Positions 52,720 to 64,000 of a DNA stretch of 64,000 nucleotides are shown piece after piece. The stretch is from Octopus bimaculoides. Lineage: Eukaryota. Numbering within the stretch: position 1 is the first letter of the stretch; each line of letters begins with the position of its first letter. The position numbers and the translations under genes were made by a program. The stretch is taken from contig NC_068982.1 of NCBI RefSeq assembly GCF_001194135.2, forward strand, positions 121,265,435 to 121,329,434, in the 5' to 3' direction. The notes beneath the pieces were generated by a model. The model was not told where the DNA came from and ran no database searches. It saw only the letters and a list, made by a program, of their open reading frames with translations.

Positions 52720-52751
<32 letters not shown>

Positions 52752-52965
52752 TGTATGTGTGTGTTTGTGTTTGTCCCCCCATCATCACTTAACAACCAAT
52801 GTTGGTGTGTTTACATCCCCATAACTTAGCAGTTCAGCAAAAGAGGCTGTTAGAATAAGTACTAGGCTTACAAAGAATAAGTCCTAGGGTTGATTTGTTT
52901 GACTAAAGGTGGTGCTCCAGGATGGCTGCTGTCAAATGACTGAAACAAATAAAAGAATAAAAGAA
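52558..52965 (+). mobile_element. SINE family A, full length
   Basis: Head, core, (TATG)n tract and tail align to the other copies. Confidence 0.85.
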
Positions 52966-53770
52966 TGGACACACACACACATACACACACACACACACGG
53001 CAGGTTTTCTGGACGTGCTAACAAGGGAGCCTTTATATGGTCACTTGACCTAGAAACAGCTGTCAAGTCTCCCTTAAACTGCGTCCGCATCCTCTTTGAA
53101 AAGAATTCTTGCAATGATGGACTCTCCCATTGAAGACAGCGTATGAGTGTTCAGCTTTTGCCAAACCACCTTCACAAATGGTTTGTTTAGAGTGATCAAA
53201 TCTATGTGCTGCACATTAGGTCACTCTCTCCATCAAATCAACATTGCCTGAAGACGTGCACAGTGTGCCATGCATTTGATGTCAGTGATCATAGAGCAAT
53301 GTGAGATGAAGTGTCTTGCTCAAGGACACAATACACCACCCGGTCTAGGAATTGAAATCATGATCTTGTAATCATGAATGCAACATTCTAGCCACTAGGT
53401 GTGTGTGTGTGTGTCTGTGTGGTACTACATGGTAGTGAAATGTAGGTAGTGAATGTATGAAATCTGTGGAAGATGGGATAAAATGGAAATGAGCACAGTC
53501 TGTTGGATGTGTGAAGTTAGCTCAGATGAAAGATGGAGTAGAAGTGAGGCAAGAGAGTGATGAGTATTAAAGGTATCAGTTGAATTATGTTGGTGACTGG
53601 CAGGTATGGACATGTGATGTAAATGTATTGTGTGTGAAGGATGATACTGGGTGCTGTTGATAGAGAAAATCCAAGAAAGAAAAGGTATAGGAAGAGATAG
53701 TGAGATGATATTATAGGATACTGAGTCTCACAGAAAAGATGACTGAAGATCAAATTAGTTGGTGTTGTCT

Positions 53771-53985
53771 TGTATGGAAGCCCCATCTAACCCAAGCTAG
53801 TATGTATTGTATGGAAGCCCCATCTAACCCAAGCTAGTATGTATTGTATGGAAGCCCCATCTAACCCAAGCTAGTATGTATTGTATGGAAGCCCATCTAA
53901 CCCAAGTTTGTATATATTGTATGGAAGACTTGTCCAGCCAAATCTAGCATGTGTTTTATGGAAGACCCATCTAGCCTATGCTTCC
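53771..53985 (+). repeat. 37-bp minisatellite, about 5.7 copies
   Basis: Unit TGTATGGAAGCCCCATCTAACCCAAGCTAGTATGTAT occurs as three exact copies followed by progressively diverged ones. Confidence 0.95.
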
Positions 53986-54749
53986 ATAGGAAAACAAACA
54001 ATACAACATTGATGGTAGTGATGATAACAATCTATTTTTTGCTCTTTATGTTGACATGTTCTAAAAGAAAATGAAAAATTCCACAAAGGGAAATAATCAA
54101 AAAAGACAAAAAACGTGTGTCAAATTCCATCTGAATAAATTATTTTTCAATTATTGGATCTCAGTTATAATTCTGCAGGCCTTATTATAGAGTGTGAGAT
54201 ATGCATTGATTTTGCTACCATATTATTCAATTAATTAATGTCATTGCCTTCTGTTCCCTGAATTTATCACTATCGATAACTTGGGTGTATATTTTGCTAT
54301 GATTATCTCAACTAATTTATTTATTCCAATAAAATATCTCATAGTAAAAAAAAAAAAAACAGTTCTCAGGCTTAAATTTTATTGATTTATTTGGCTGGAT
54401 ATTTTAGTATTCGTTTCACTATTTATTTGGTTCACAGATAGTGATTTTAATTCTGAGATTTTCTTGTTAGGTTACACCAAGTTTTCAAGAAATTGTGCAC
54501 TTAGTGACACTGTTTGATTCTCAGCTTTCAAGTATCTAATGCTGAAGTCTTTGAACCTCTCTGCCTTGGTGTTGTTGTTGTTGTTGTAGATTTTCTAAAT
54601 CTGAACAGCTTAATGACAGCCAACAAAAGTAAACATGAGTTATGTAAAAGAATATTCATTTGTGTGTATGTGTGTGTGTGTGTGTGTTATGAAGATACTT
54701 TCAACCCATTTACACCATATGCTTATTCTCTAATACATATACAAACATG

Positions 54750-54784
<35 letters not shown>

Positions 54785-55179
54785 GGACTTGTTACAAAAT
54801 ATTGAATGCCAACATGGCATATGTTTAAAATGTTCTTATTGGAATCTCATGATTTCTGGTTCACTCCTACTATGTCACCCTTTGAGCAAAAACCCTCTTG
54901 CCATAGCCTTAGTTTGACTGAAGATTTGTGAGTGAAAATTGATTTAGTAGTTAAAAACTGAGATGTAGATCTCAAGAGATACATACATATATATATGTAC
55001 ATATGTATATATATATATATATATCATCATCATCATCGTTTAACGTCCACTTTCCATGCTAGCATGGGTTGGACGATTTGACTGAGGATTGGCAAGCCAG
55101 AAGGCTGCACCAGGCTCCAATCTGATCTGGCAGAGTTTCTACAGCTGGATGCCCTTCCTAATGCTGTATATGTATGTAT

Positions 55180-55590
55180 GTTCCATATATGGATTTCCTG
55201 GTGCAGGCTGGAACATTACAACAGTCTTGTCCAGGCTAATGCGGAGTCCAAATGCCTTGCAAGAAGCAGAAATGCAATTCATGAGTATTTGCATGCCATC
55301 CACTGTATGAGTGACTAAGTCACAGTCATCTACATAAAGGAGTCACAAATAATAGACTGGAGAACCTTTGAATTGGCAGCAAATCGGTGAAGATTAAAGA
55401 AGCGGCCAGAAGATCGATATCTGACATATATTCCCAGAGAGCTAACCTTAGCAAAAGCATGAGTAAAAGCAGCAGCAAAGTACAAAGACAAGAGAGTTGG
55501 GGCAAGGATGTCACCCTGCTTGACACCATTCTCTACAGGAATGGGTCCCGCCATGCCACCACCAACATTGATCCAAGCCTCCATCCCATC
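55180..55590 (-). mobile_element. RTE (BovB-like) LINE RT fragment
   Basis: Reads MEAWINVGGGMAGPIPVENGVKQGDILAPTLLSLYFAA...GIYVRYRSSGRFFNLHRF. Confidence 0.85.
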
Positions 55591-55621
55591 ATGAAATGAT
55601 TTAATTATAGATACAAATATT

Positions 55622-55783
55622 TATGAATGAGAAAAAGAAGAAAATGGAGAAATTGACATGCAGACATCAGTTTATTTAAAGATATTCAAATCCATATAAT
55701 GAAATTCTAGTGCATTTGAATATCTTTAAATAAACTGATGTCTGCATCTCAATTTCTCCATTTTCTTCTTGTTCTCATTCATA
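55622..55783. repeat. Long inverted repeat: 70-bp arms, 2 mismatches, 22-nt loop
   Basis: 55622-55691 is the reverse complement of 55714-55783. Confidence 0.95.
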
Positions 55784-55795
55784 TGTATGTGTGTG

Positions 55796-55834
<39 letters not shown>

Positions 55835-56893
55835 TGGACCCTCTCCTGTTTAGAATAAAGAGGAAAAATGTAACCTCTTTGAGGATAAAGCTGTGTTGTT
55901 TCTAAACAACCGGTCCAAAAGATTTATTTTAAGTTTTTACAGACCTTACCCCAGTCTCTCCTAATTGTTTAATCTGATCTTTGCATCATGTGTCACATGC
56001 CAGACATAAACGGATGCATACTAGGGAAGGGAAGGATGTGAATCTTAAATTTTAATGATGTTCTTCTTTTCGTGTTACTGTCTATATCATATGTGAAGTT
56101 CCCCTTGCAAATGTTTGTTTAACAATATCAAACATATGCCTAAGTGGAGCACAAGCACAAATCAAATACTCAAAGTATGTGATCACAATGTGATAATATC
56201 GAACAAATTTAAGATTTTTAAATATATCTATTCTTTTACTAAGGGCACATGGCTCAATGGTTAGAGCATCAGGCTCACAATCATGAAGTAGTGAGTTCAA
56301 TTCCCAGATCAGGTTGTGTGTTGTGTTATTGAATAAGACACTTTTATTTCATGTTGCTTCAGTTCACTCAGCTGTATAAAATGAGTTGTGACACATGCAC
56401 TGGTTCATTATCACTTCTTTGTTAGTCAGTTAGTTAAATATCTAACCAACTAATTAGTTGATCAATTGTTTAATGTGTTAATTAAACAATGAATTGGTTG
56501 TTTGTTTGTCAAAGTCCTTTCATTGCTAACTGCAACTTCATTAATGTCATATTTTAAAAGATGCATTTATCTCTGTTATATTACATAATTAATGAAGCTG
56601 TTTAGCGTAACAATCTTAGTTCCGTGTTACCATTCAAATAGGTTTCTAAATGTTACTCTCATGCCTTTATTGTAGTTCTTTACTTTTGGCTGTAAATTCT
56701 TGGCAGAAGTTTTTCTTTTATAGAAATGCTATTTCTGTTTTTTTGATAGTGTCATGTTTGAATGTATTTCTGTCAAAAAGCACTCTCGTCAAATATAGTC
56801 TTTCTTTCTTACACATACACACACACACACACATGCAACACAGGGTGATTTAAAAGTCATTTCAGCATTAAAGGCTAAAAGGTGAGCTTCTTA

Positions 56894-56934
<41 letters not shown>

Positions 56935-56950
56935 TACACATACATACATA

Positions 56951-57823
56951 CAAGGGGGTGCCCTATAGAAACGGGAATTTTGCAATATTATTTTATTCAC
57001 TTAGTTTTACATGTTTATACTTGTATCGCCTTCAGAGTATTCCCTATTCGAAGCAATGCTTCAGTCCAGGTGCGTTTTCCACTATTCGAAGCAGTGCTGG
57101 AACTTGTGTGAAGTGATGCCTTTTAACATCCCCATCATTTTTTTCTTCACCTTTTCCACATCTGCAAATTCCATAGCACCAGCTTTTGTCACCAGAGATG
57201 ACCTTCGAAAAGAGCTCTGGATCGACTTCCAACTGTTCTTTCAGTTCACAACACGCATTCAGTTGTGATTGCTTTTGAGCTTATCTTCTGTAAGCAAGTG
57301 AGGCACAAATTTTGCTGCAACTCTTTTCGTTTGCAATCCCTCATTCAAAATTCGTTGGCAGGAGCTCCAGGACACACCAGTCATATCAGCAAGTTCATCA
57401 ATTGTTCAACAACAGCCCTCCAAATTCAGTTCATGAATTTTCATGATGTTTTCCTTCGTCCAGGTCAATGGTTGTCCTGAACAAGGTTGGTCTTCAAGCG
57501 ACAAATGACCATTCCTAAAGTGTGGAAACCACTTGTAAACTTTTGTTTTGCTCATGGCAGCAAAACTATTTTGGCTGCCATTTCCCTCCCAGCAAAAAAC
57601 AGAATTTCATGGGAACACACTGTGCTTTCATTTTAGCGATCACAAAAATTGACAAACATGGGAGAAGCATTGCAAAACCGTGGCAGTATGATTTTAGTTG
57701 TTGCTGCTGGTCAGCAGATTGCTGCCTGAGGGACCCATCAAGTAGCTTCTAGCAGTGGAAGCCTGAACTACAATGAGCTTGTCTCACAGAGAACATTTCC
57801 AGTTATTTTTGGGTACCCCCTTA
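56951..57823 (-). mobile_element. Internally deleted mariner transposon (873 bp)
   Basis: TIRs CAAGGGGGTGCCC / GGGTACCCCCTTA with TA flanks. The HTH and early catalytic region (GRP...IDELADMTGVSWSSCQRIL...AAKFVPHLL...VISGDKSWCYG) is joined directly to the C-terminal FADVEKVKKK...KGITSHKFQHCFE*WK...SIASNREYSEGD. Confidence 0.9.
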
Positions 57824-57954
57824 TATATATATACACACACACACACATATTGTTGCTTTCATTTAGTTCCAGATCAGCTCTAATGAAGTAGACCTATAAT
57901 AAATGGCATTTTAGCCATGACTGACCAATATGCCTAGAGTTTTTGTAATGATAA

Positions 57955-58103
57955 TGGTTGTGTGATAAAGAAGGCTACTTTGCAACCGTGTGGTTTTGGA
58001 CTCAGTCCCACTGCATGACACCTTAGGCAAGTATCTTCTACTATAGCCCTGGGCCAACCAATGCCTTGTGAGTGAATTTGATAGATGGAAACTGTGGAAG
58101 CGC

Positions 58104-58159
<56 letters not shown>

Positions 58160-58345
58160 TGTCCACTTACCTACCTGCCAGCTGGTGTTGGTTTGCTTGT
58201 ATCTTTGTATCTTAGCAGTTCAGCAGAATAGACGAATAGTGTAAGTATTAGACCTAAAAATAAATACTGGGTTCAATTTGTCCAACTAAACCCTTCAAGG
58301 CAGTTCCCAAGTTCAATAACTGAAACAAGTAAGAAGTAAAAGAAT
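57955..58345 (+). mobile_element. SINE family A, older copy with long (GT)n
   Basis: Aligns to the family A head, core and tail. Confidence 0.8.
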
Positions 58346-58661
58346 GATTAAAAAAATGATGATGATCACAACAAACGTTTGTCCCTCTCCCCCATAGAGT
58401 TAACAGCTATAAAACTATTATAACGGTGGTTCCAGCAAGCCATGTTTCTGGCACAATGAAACAATTTGAAGTAATATGTCTCTTGTTTATTCACTCTAAT
58501 TGTGTATCTCCTGTCAACATGGCTCCAAATACTGTTAGATATTTCTGTGTTTGCTTAATCTGACAATAATTACATCATTTATTTCCTTTTAATATTCAAA
58601 ACATAACAACGGCTTTCATTTGTTTCTTTGTGTTTGTACAATTTGTTTTTTGTCCCAACAG

Positions 58662-58717
58662 ATTCCCAATACAGAAGAGCATTAATCTACACCAGGATTA
58701 TTAACAATGATTTATAA
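58662..58717 (+). CDS. Candidate terminal coding exon
   Basis: Strong acceptor TTTGTTTTTTGTCCCAACAG/. The phase-1 frame gives xSQYRRALIYTRIINNDL*. No GT occurs for more than 200 nt. The frame is not established. Confidence 0.25.
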
Positions 58718-60294
58718 CACTCACACATGCACATATATACTCTCATGCATGCATACACACATATACATACATCACAATCTCTCAGACACCCAGCTGCATA
58801 CATATACACATACATGCACTTACACACACATACATGCATATACATCATGCTTCTAACAAACACCATACATCTACCCACCATCTCCAACATATACTGGTTT
58901 ATTTTACCACTTATCTGTGGCCATTACTATACTTTTGAAATGATTAAATGCTTCTATTGTCCTTTTTTTCCTATAGAAACAGATTTAAGATTGTTAAATT
59001 TAAGTAAAATTTATCTTTTCTATAGTTTTAATGTAGAATTGTATACAACATGTTTCATTTGACCCTTTTTCTTTAGCATTTAACTATTTTAGCATTTAGA
59101 CCAGTCAAATCTGGTAACAATTATACAAAAGCTATTTGTTCTGAGCAGTCAATGCCTGGCTACATTGACACATTAAATTAAACAGCAGAAAACCAAACTT
59201 TTCTTGTTTGTTTGTTTGTTTGTTTGTATGTATGTATGTATGTATGCATGCATGCGTAAATGTTGAACAATGAGAATCAGTCCTCAACACCGCATTGGTG
59301 GATAAAATTTCTTTATTTGTATATTAAGGCTGCCATTGGTTTCATGTCAAGAAAAATATCATAATACCCTGACAATTTTTCAAGCTGACCACATGGAGGA
59401 ACAGTAATGGAGATGAACACCATTCTGTCATGGGATTAGCTTGAAAGTTTATTTATGGAACCAATGGTAAACTTAATACACTATATATATATATATATNN
59501 NNNNNNNNNNNNNNNNNNNNNNNNNNNNNNNNNNNNNNNNNNNNNNNNNNNNNNNNNNNNNNNNNNNNNNNNNNNNNNNNNNNNNNNNNNNNNNNNNNNN
59601 NNNNNNNNNNNNNNNNNNNNNNNNNNNNNNNNNNTTTTATGTTCATACATATATGAGGCACAGCTTTTCCTTTATTCATGTTTCATTAAAGACAAACACA
59701 CACACATATATAAATGCACATGCACACACATACACATATATTGATAGGTTGATAAATATATCATTATCATCATTTTAATGTCCACCTTTCATGAAGATGT
59801 GTGGCTAAGTGGTAGTTTCTGTTCACCAAATATGTTCACAGTTGTTTGGGAGATAGTTGCTCAAAGTACCATGCATTTGTGAACTTCTTAACTATGCCTG
59901 TGTTTATTACATATTATCATCATCTCTCTGAAAACTCTGGTTGTTCATTGATAGATTGGAGAAAAAATTACCTAGCAGTGGATATTGGTGAGGATTGGCA
60001 AAAAGATAAACACCCAGCCATAGAAAATTCTACCCCAAAGAAGTTTCATTTGACTCTTTTGAGCATAGAAAAGATAGATATTAAAAGGAAAGAATTCATA
60101 GATATACATGTGTTTACATACCAACTTAGCAGTTTGGCAAAAGAAATCAATAGAATGAGTACCAGACATTAAAAAAAAAGCAAGTACTGGGGTCTGTCAA
60201 TTTATTTGACTAAAAATTCTTCAAGGCATTGCCCCAACATGATCACAGTCTAATAACTGAAACAAGTAAAGGGTAAAAGATATACAAATTTGTA

Positions 60295-60769
60295 TAGGTG
60301 CAGGCATAATGGTGTAGTTAAGAAGGTTGCTTCTCAGTCATATGGTTTTAGTTTCAGTCACTTTGTGTAGCACTTTGGGCAAGTGTTTTTCCTGTAGTCG
60401 TGGGCTGACCAAAAACCTTGTGAGTGGAAATTTTTAGCAGAAACTGAAAGAAGCCCTTCATGTGTGTGTGGTAGGTCGTGTGAATGTGTGTGTATATATA
60501 TATATGAATTCTTGAGGTATGGGTCTTCCGTACTCTACAGCAGGAGTGTTAAGACTGGTTTCCCTGGTGGTGAGGATTGACCTGCAAGAGTCCTGTGCCA
60601 GTGGCGTGTAGAAGCACCCAACACACTCTGTAAGGTGGTTGGCATTAGGAAGGGCAATCTGCTATAGAAACCATGCCAAATCAGATTGGAGTTTGGTGCA
60701 GCTTGCCAACTCTGGTCAAACCGTCCAACCCATGCCAGCATGGACAACTGATGTTAAATGATGATGATG

Positions 60770-60800
<31 letters not shown>

Positions 60801-61185
60801 ATGAGCTTCTTTCAGTTTTCATCTACCAAATCCACTCAGAAGGCTTTAGTTGACCTGGAGCTATAACAGGAGACACTTGCCTGAGATGTGACTCAGTGGG
60901 ACCGAATTTGAAACCATGTAGTTGGGAAGCAAACTTCTTGACCACAGAACTACACTTACATACTCTTTACTCTTTTACTCTTTTACTTGTTTCAGTCATT
61001 TGACTGTGGCTATGCTGGAGCACCGCCTTTTTTAGTCGAGCAAATCACCCCCAGGACTTATTCTTTGGAAGCTTAGTACTTATTCTATCGATTTCTTTTG
61101 CCGAACCGCTAAGTTACGGGGATGTAAACATACCAGCATCGGTTGTCAAGCGATGTTGGGGGGACAAACACAGACACAAACATAT

Positions 61186-61222
<37 letters not shown>

Positions 61223-61378
61223 ACGGGCTTCTTTCAGTTTCCGTCTACCAAATGCACTCACAAGGCTTTGGTCGGCCCGAGGCTATAGTAGAAGACACTT
61301 GCCCAAGGTGCCACGCAGTGGGACTGAACCCGGAAGCATGTGGTTAGTAAGCAAGCTACTTACCACACAGCCACTCCT
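60295..61378. mobile_element. SINE cluster: family A head (+, 60295-60470), family B (60590-60770), family A head (-, 60790-60960), young full family A (-, 60965-61378)
   Basis: Direct similarity to the other copies in the window. Confidence 0.85.
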
Positions 61379-63539
61379 GCACATATATTTATTTATATAT
61401 ATGCATTTATTTCTCTCTTCTTTCTCTCTCTGTTCATATATATATATATTACATCATATATGTATCAGTGTGTGTGTGTGTGTGTGTAATGTTCTGTTTA
61501 ATTTTCCTGAAATTGTTAAGAACAGTCAACTTTTATCACCTTTCCATTTTGTTTGATCTACAGAACTTTTACTTCCTCTCCTCACTGCTTCTCCCTTCCC
61601 CTCCATTCTACCACAGCATTACCACTACAACCATCACCACTTGTTCAGCCCTATCCACCACCACCACTTTCTTAAAAAAAAAGACAAAGAATAATTTAAA
61701 TTCTAGAAATTTTTGATATAATCTAATAATAGTATTTTTGATTTCCTAGTTCTGATGTTGATTCTGTTATTTTGGGACAATAATTTGATTCCATTTATTA
61801 ATGTTCCCTTCCACCTCACTCAACTCTACTTTGCTGAAAAATATAGGATGGTTGTTCTTTCCAACAAAAGCTTATTTCTGTAGTAACTATGGCTGGTTGT
61901 CAGTTAATTATCACTTTCACAGCATAGCTGCTATTTAGAGTAAATTGTTCCTTAACTAGTTCAAACTAGTTCTTCGATATCATTGAATTCTTGAATGTCC
62001 CATAAAAACAAAAGACTTGGCACTGCAATGCTATATTTTCAGGCTTCTCAAAACACTGTAGCTGTCAAAAGTTGTTGGCTTTCCACTTCCAAGGAACCGT
62101 TTCTGTAGAAATGTCATACAGTCTACTGTTTACATACTTTTGTAGGTTTTCTTAAGAAATTTCTTTTGACTAAATAGGTAAGTTTTTATAGATGATGGCT
62201 GATACAGTTGAATGTATCAATCCCAGTACTACTGGCTCAATTCACTGCCATTGACTGCTTCAGCCTCATTGAATTTAGTGAATCAACCTCAGTAATGCTG
62301 TTTTCTATATGAATGGGAGGTGAAAGTCTAAGACATCTCTAACAGTATCTGAACTTATAATTTTTCTTTATGAAGGAGAAGGGCTGCAGTGATGGATTTT
62401 TTTTCTAGTTCTCTGAAACCAGCTGGAAGAATGGGTAAAAGGAAGTATGAGTCTTGGTTTAACATCATACTAGTGATTCTAGTTTCAATACTTACAACAA
62501 TGGACTTGGCTAACAGTTCCCAACATCTGAAACTGGTGCCTGACTATGAGACATCTTAAAAAAATTAAATGCAAATAATTTATTCAGTCTGAAAATCAAC
62601 TGGTCCTGCAGGATCAACTCCACTGTTTTATAAAAGGGGTTGTGTTGGTGATAACGATAATGACACTGCTGCCACTGCTGCTGATGATGAAAATGATTTC
62701 CTTATTGGCCTCAAGGGAAGTAAATTAAGCACATCTGGCCTACAATTTGCAACCTTTTGACATTTGCTATAGTCTCAGATGGTGATTATCACATGTAAGT
62801 GCTGTGTGATTTGTGTAATATTATGTGGCAATTGTATATATGAATTGTTGTTGTTGCATGAAATGTATTATGTTATTTAGTGTTGATTATGCAAGGCTGT
62901 GTGTTTGTTATTTCATTGGATGATACTCGTGTACAGGAGGTGCTGCGTGGGTTTTATTGTTCTATTAGTGATTGTTTGGAGTATATTTAGTGTGGGTTGT
63001 ACACAACATGCATGAATGCTGGAGGCCAACTTTGCCTTTCATAAGCCCAGGGTTGATAAAATAAAGTATTAGTCATGTACCACTAAGTTTCAAGCCTTGT
63101 GCCTCTGCAAGAAACACTTATTATTTCAGGTGGTGAATTGATTGAATTATTAGAACATGGGACAAATGTTTTGAAGTATTTCTTCTGGCTTTCTATGTTC
63201 TTAATTTAAAGTCTGCTGAGATCAAATTTGCATTTCATCTCTCCAGGCTTGATAAAATAATGTACTAGGATCAACAGAATAAGCTAACCTCCTCTCAGCA
63301 AAATTGATGGCCTTATAAAATCATCATCATCATCATAATTATTAATGCAATGTAGTAACAGAAGTAACTGAGTGTTGAATAAAATATCTACAATTAGTAA
63401 TCTGTCATACCTCTAATATTTTGCTACAATAAAATATGTTCAGATATATGGATATATTTGTGTGTGTGTGTGTGTTTTGTTATCATAATCATCATGTGAA
63501 CAGCTCCAAAATAAGATCTGTGTTTTATCAACGTCATGA

Positions 63540-63796
63540 TCATCTTCCTGTTCATCAGTTTTTAAATAGTAAGAAACTTGAAATATAAAATTGAAATTGA
63601 ACAATTAAAGAAACACATAACAAGATTGTATCCTTTATCACCATCATCATCATCATCATTGTCATCAACTTCACCACCATCAACACTATCGTTATAATCA
63701 TCACTATCATCAACATCATCACCTTCACAATCTACTATTTTCATAATTCATCTTCATCCGTATCAGTCTATTTGAAGTATGGTGGTGGTGGTGATA

Positions 63797-63827
<31 letters not shown>

Positions 63828-63890
63828 GTATCATGGTGGTGAGAGATGACGCTGATAAATGATAATGATGACGATGATGATGATGATGTC
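63540..63890. repeat. Degenerate (CAT)n/(GAT)n low-complexity tracts in opposite orientations
   Basis: Directly visible simple repeats. Confidence 0.85.
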
Positions 63891-64000
63891 TAAGAAGGAA
63901 AGTGTTTGAGTTTTTATGAAAAAAATTTTCTTTGCTGTAACATATGGTGACTTTCATGTTGCGTGTATATATATGTGTATCTGTTAAGTATGTGTGTATA

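Noticed and set aside
53771-53985. CRISPR-like appearance of a 37-bp repeat
   Set aside because: The units are directly tandem with no spacers, the context is eukaryotic, and no cas genes are present.

Overview
This is AT-rich eukaryotic genomic DNA dominated by introns and repeats. It is most likely from an octopus or other coleoid cephalopod, an inference from the abundant SINE families and the (TA)n/(CA)n/(CAT)n microsatellites. It has nine assembly gaps and no long intact ORF; almost all entries in the ORF track are N-run, microsatellite or repeat artefacts. Recognisable mobile elements: several tRNA-headed SINE families, RTE and CR1/L2-like LINE fragments, Penelope-like fragments carrying minimal hammerhead ribozyme motifs, a DD37D (maT) transposase relic, two mariner relics, and MITEs (two hAT-type, one Tc1/mariner-type, one possibly piggyBac-type). 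A CpG-retaining domain at about 8.4-18.9 kb probably holds the promoter and 5' exons of a plus-strand gene. Its first coding exon (16990-17071) encodes a signal peptide; later exons are tentative and the family is not recognised. The most unusual structures are a tRNA-like gene enclosed by an inverted copy of its own 3' end, inside a second perfect inverted repeat (35811-36256); an intact hammerhead motif in the CpG-rich domain whose sister copies elsewhere are CpG-decayed; and a near-perfect 70-bp hairpin (55622-55783). All calls were made by eye without database searches. Repeat family labels A-D are my own, and most repeat boundaries are approximate.
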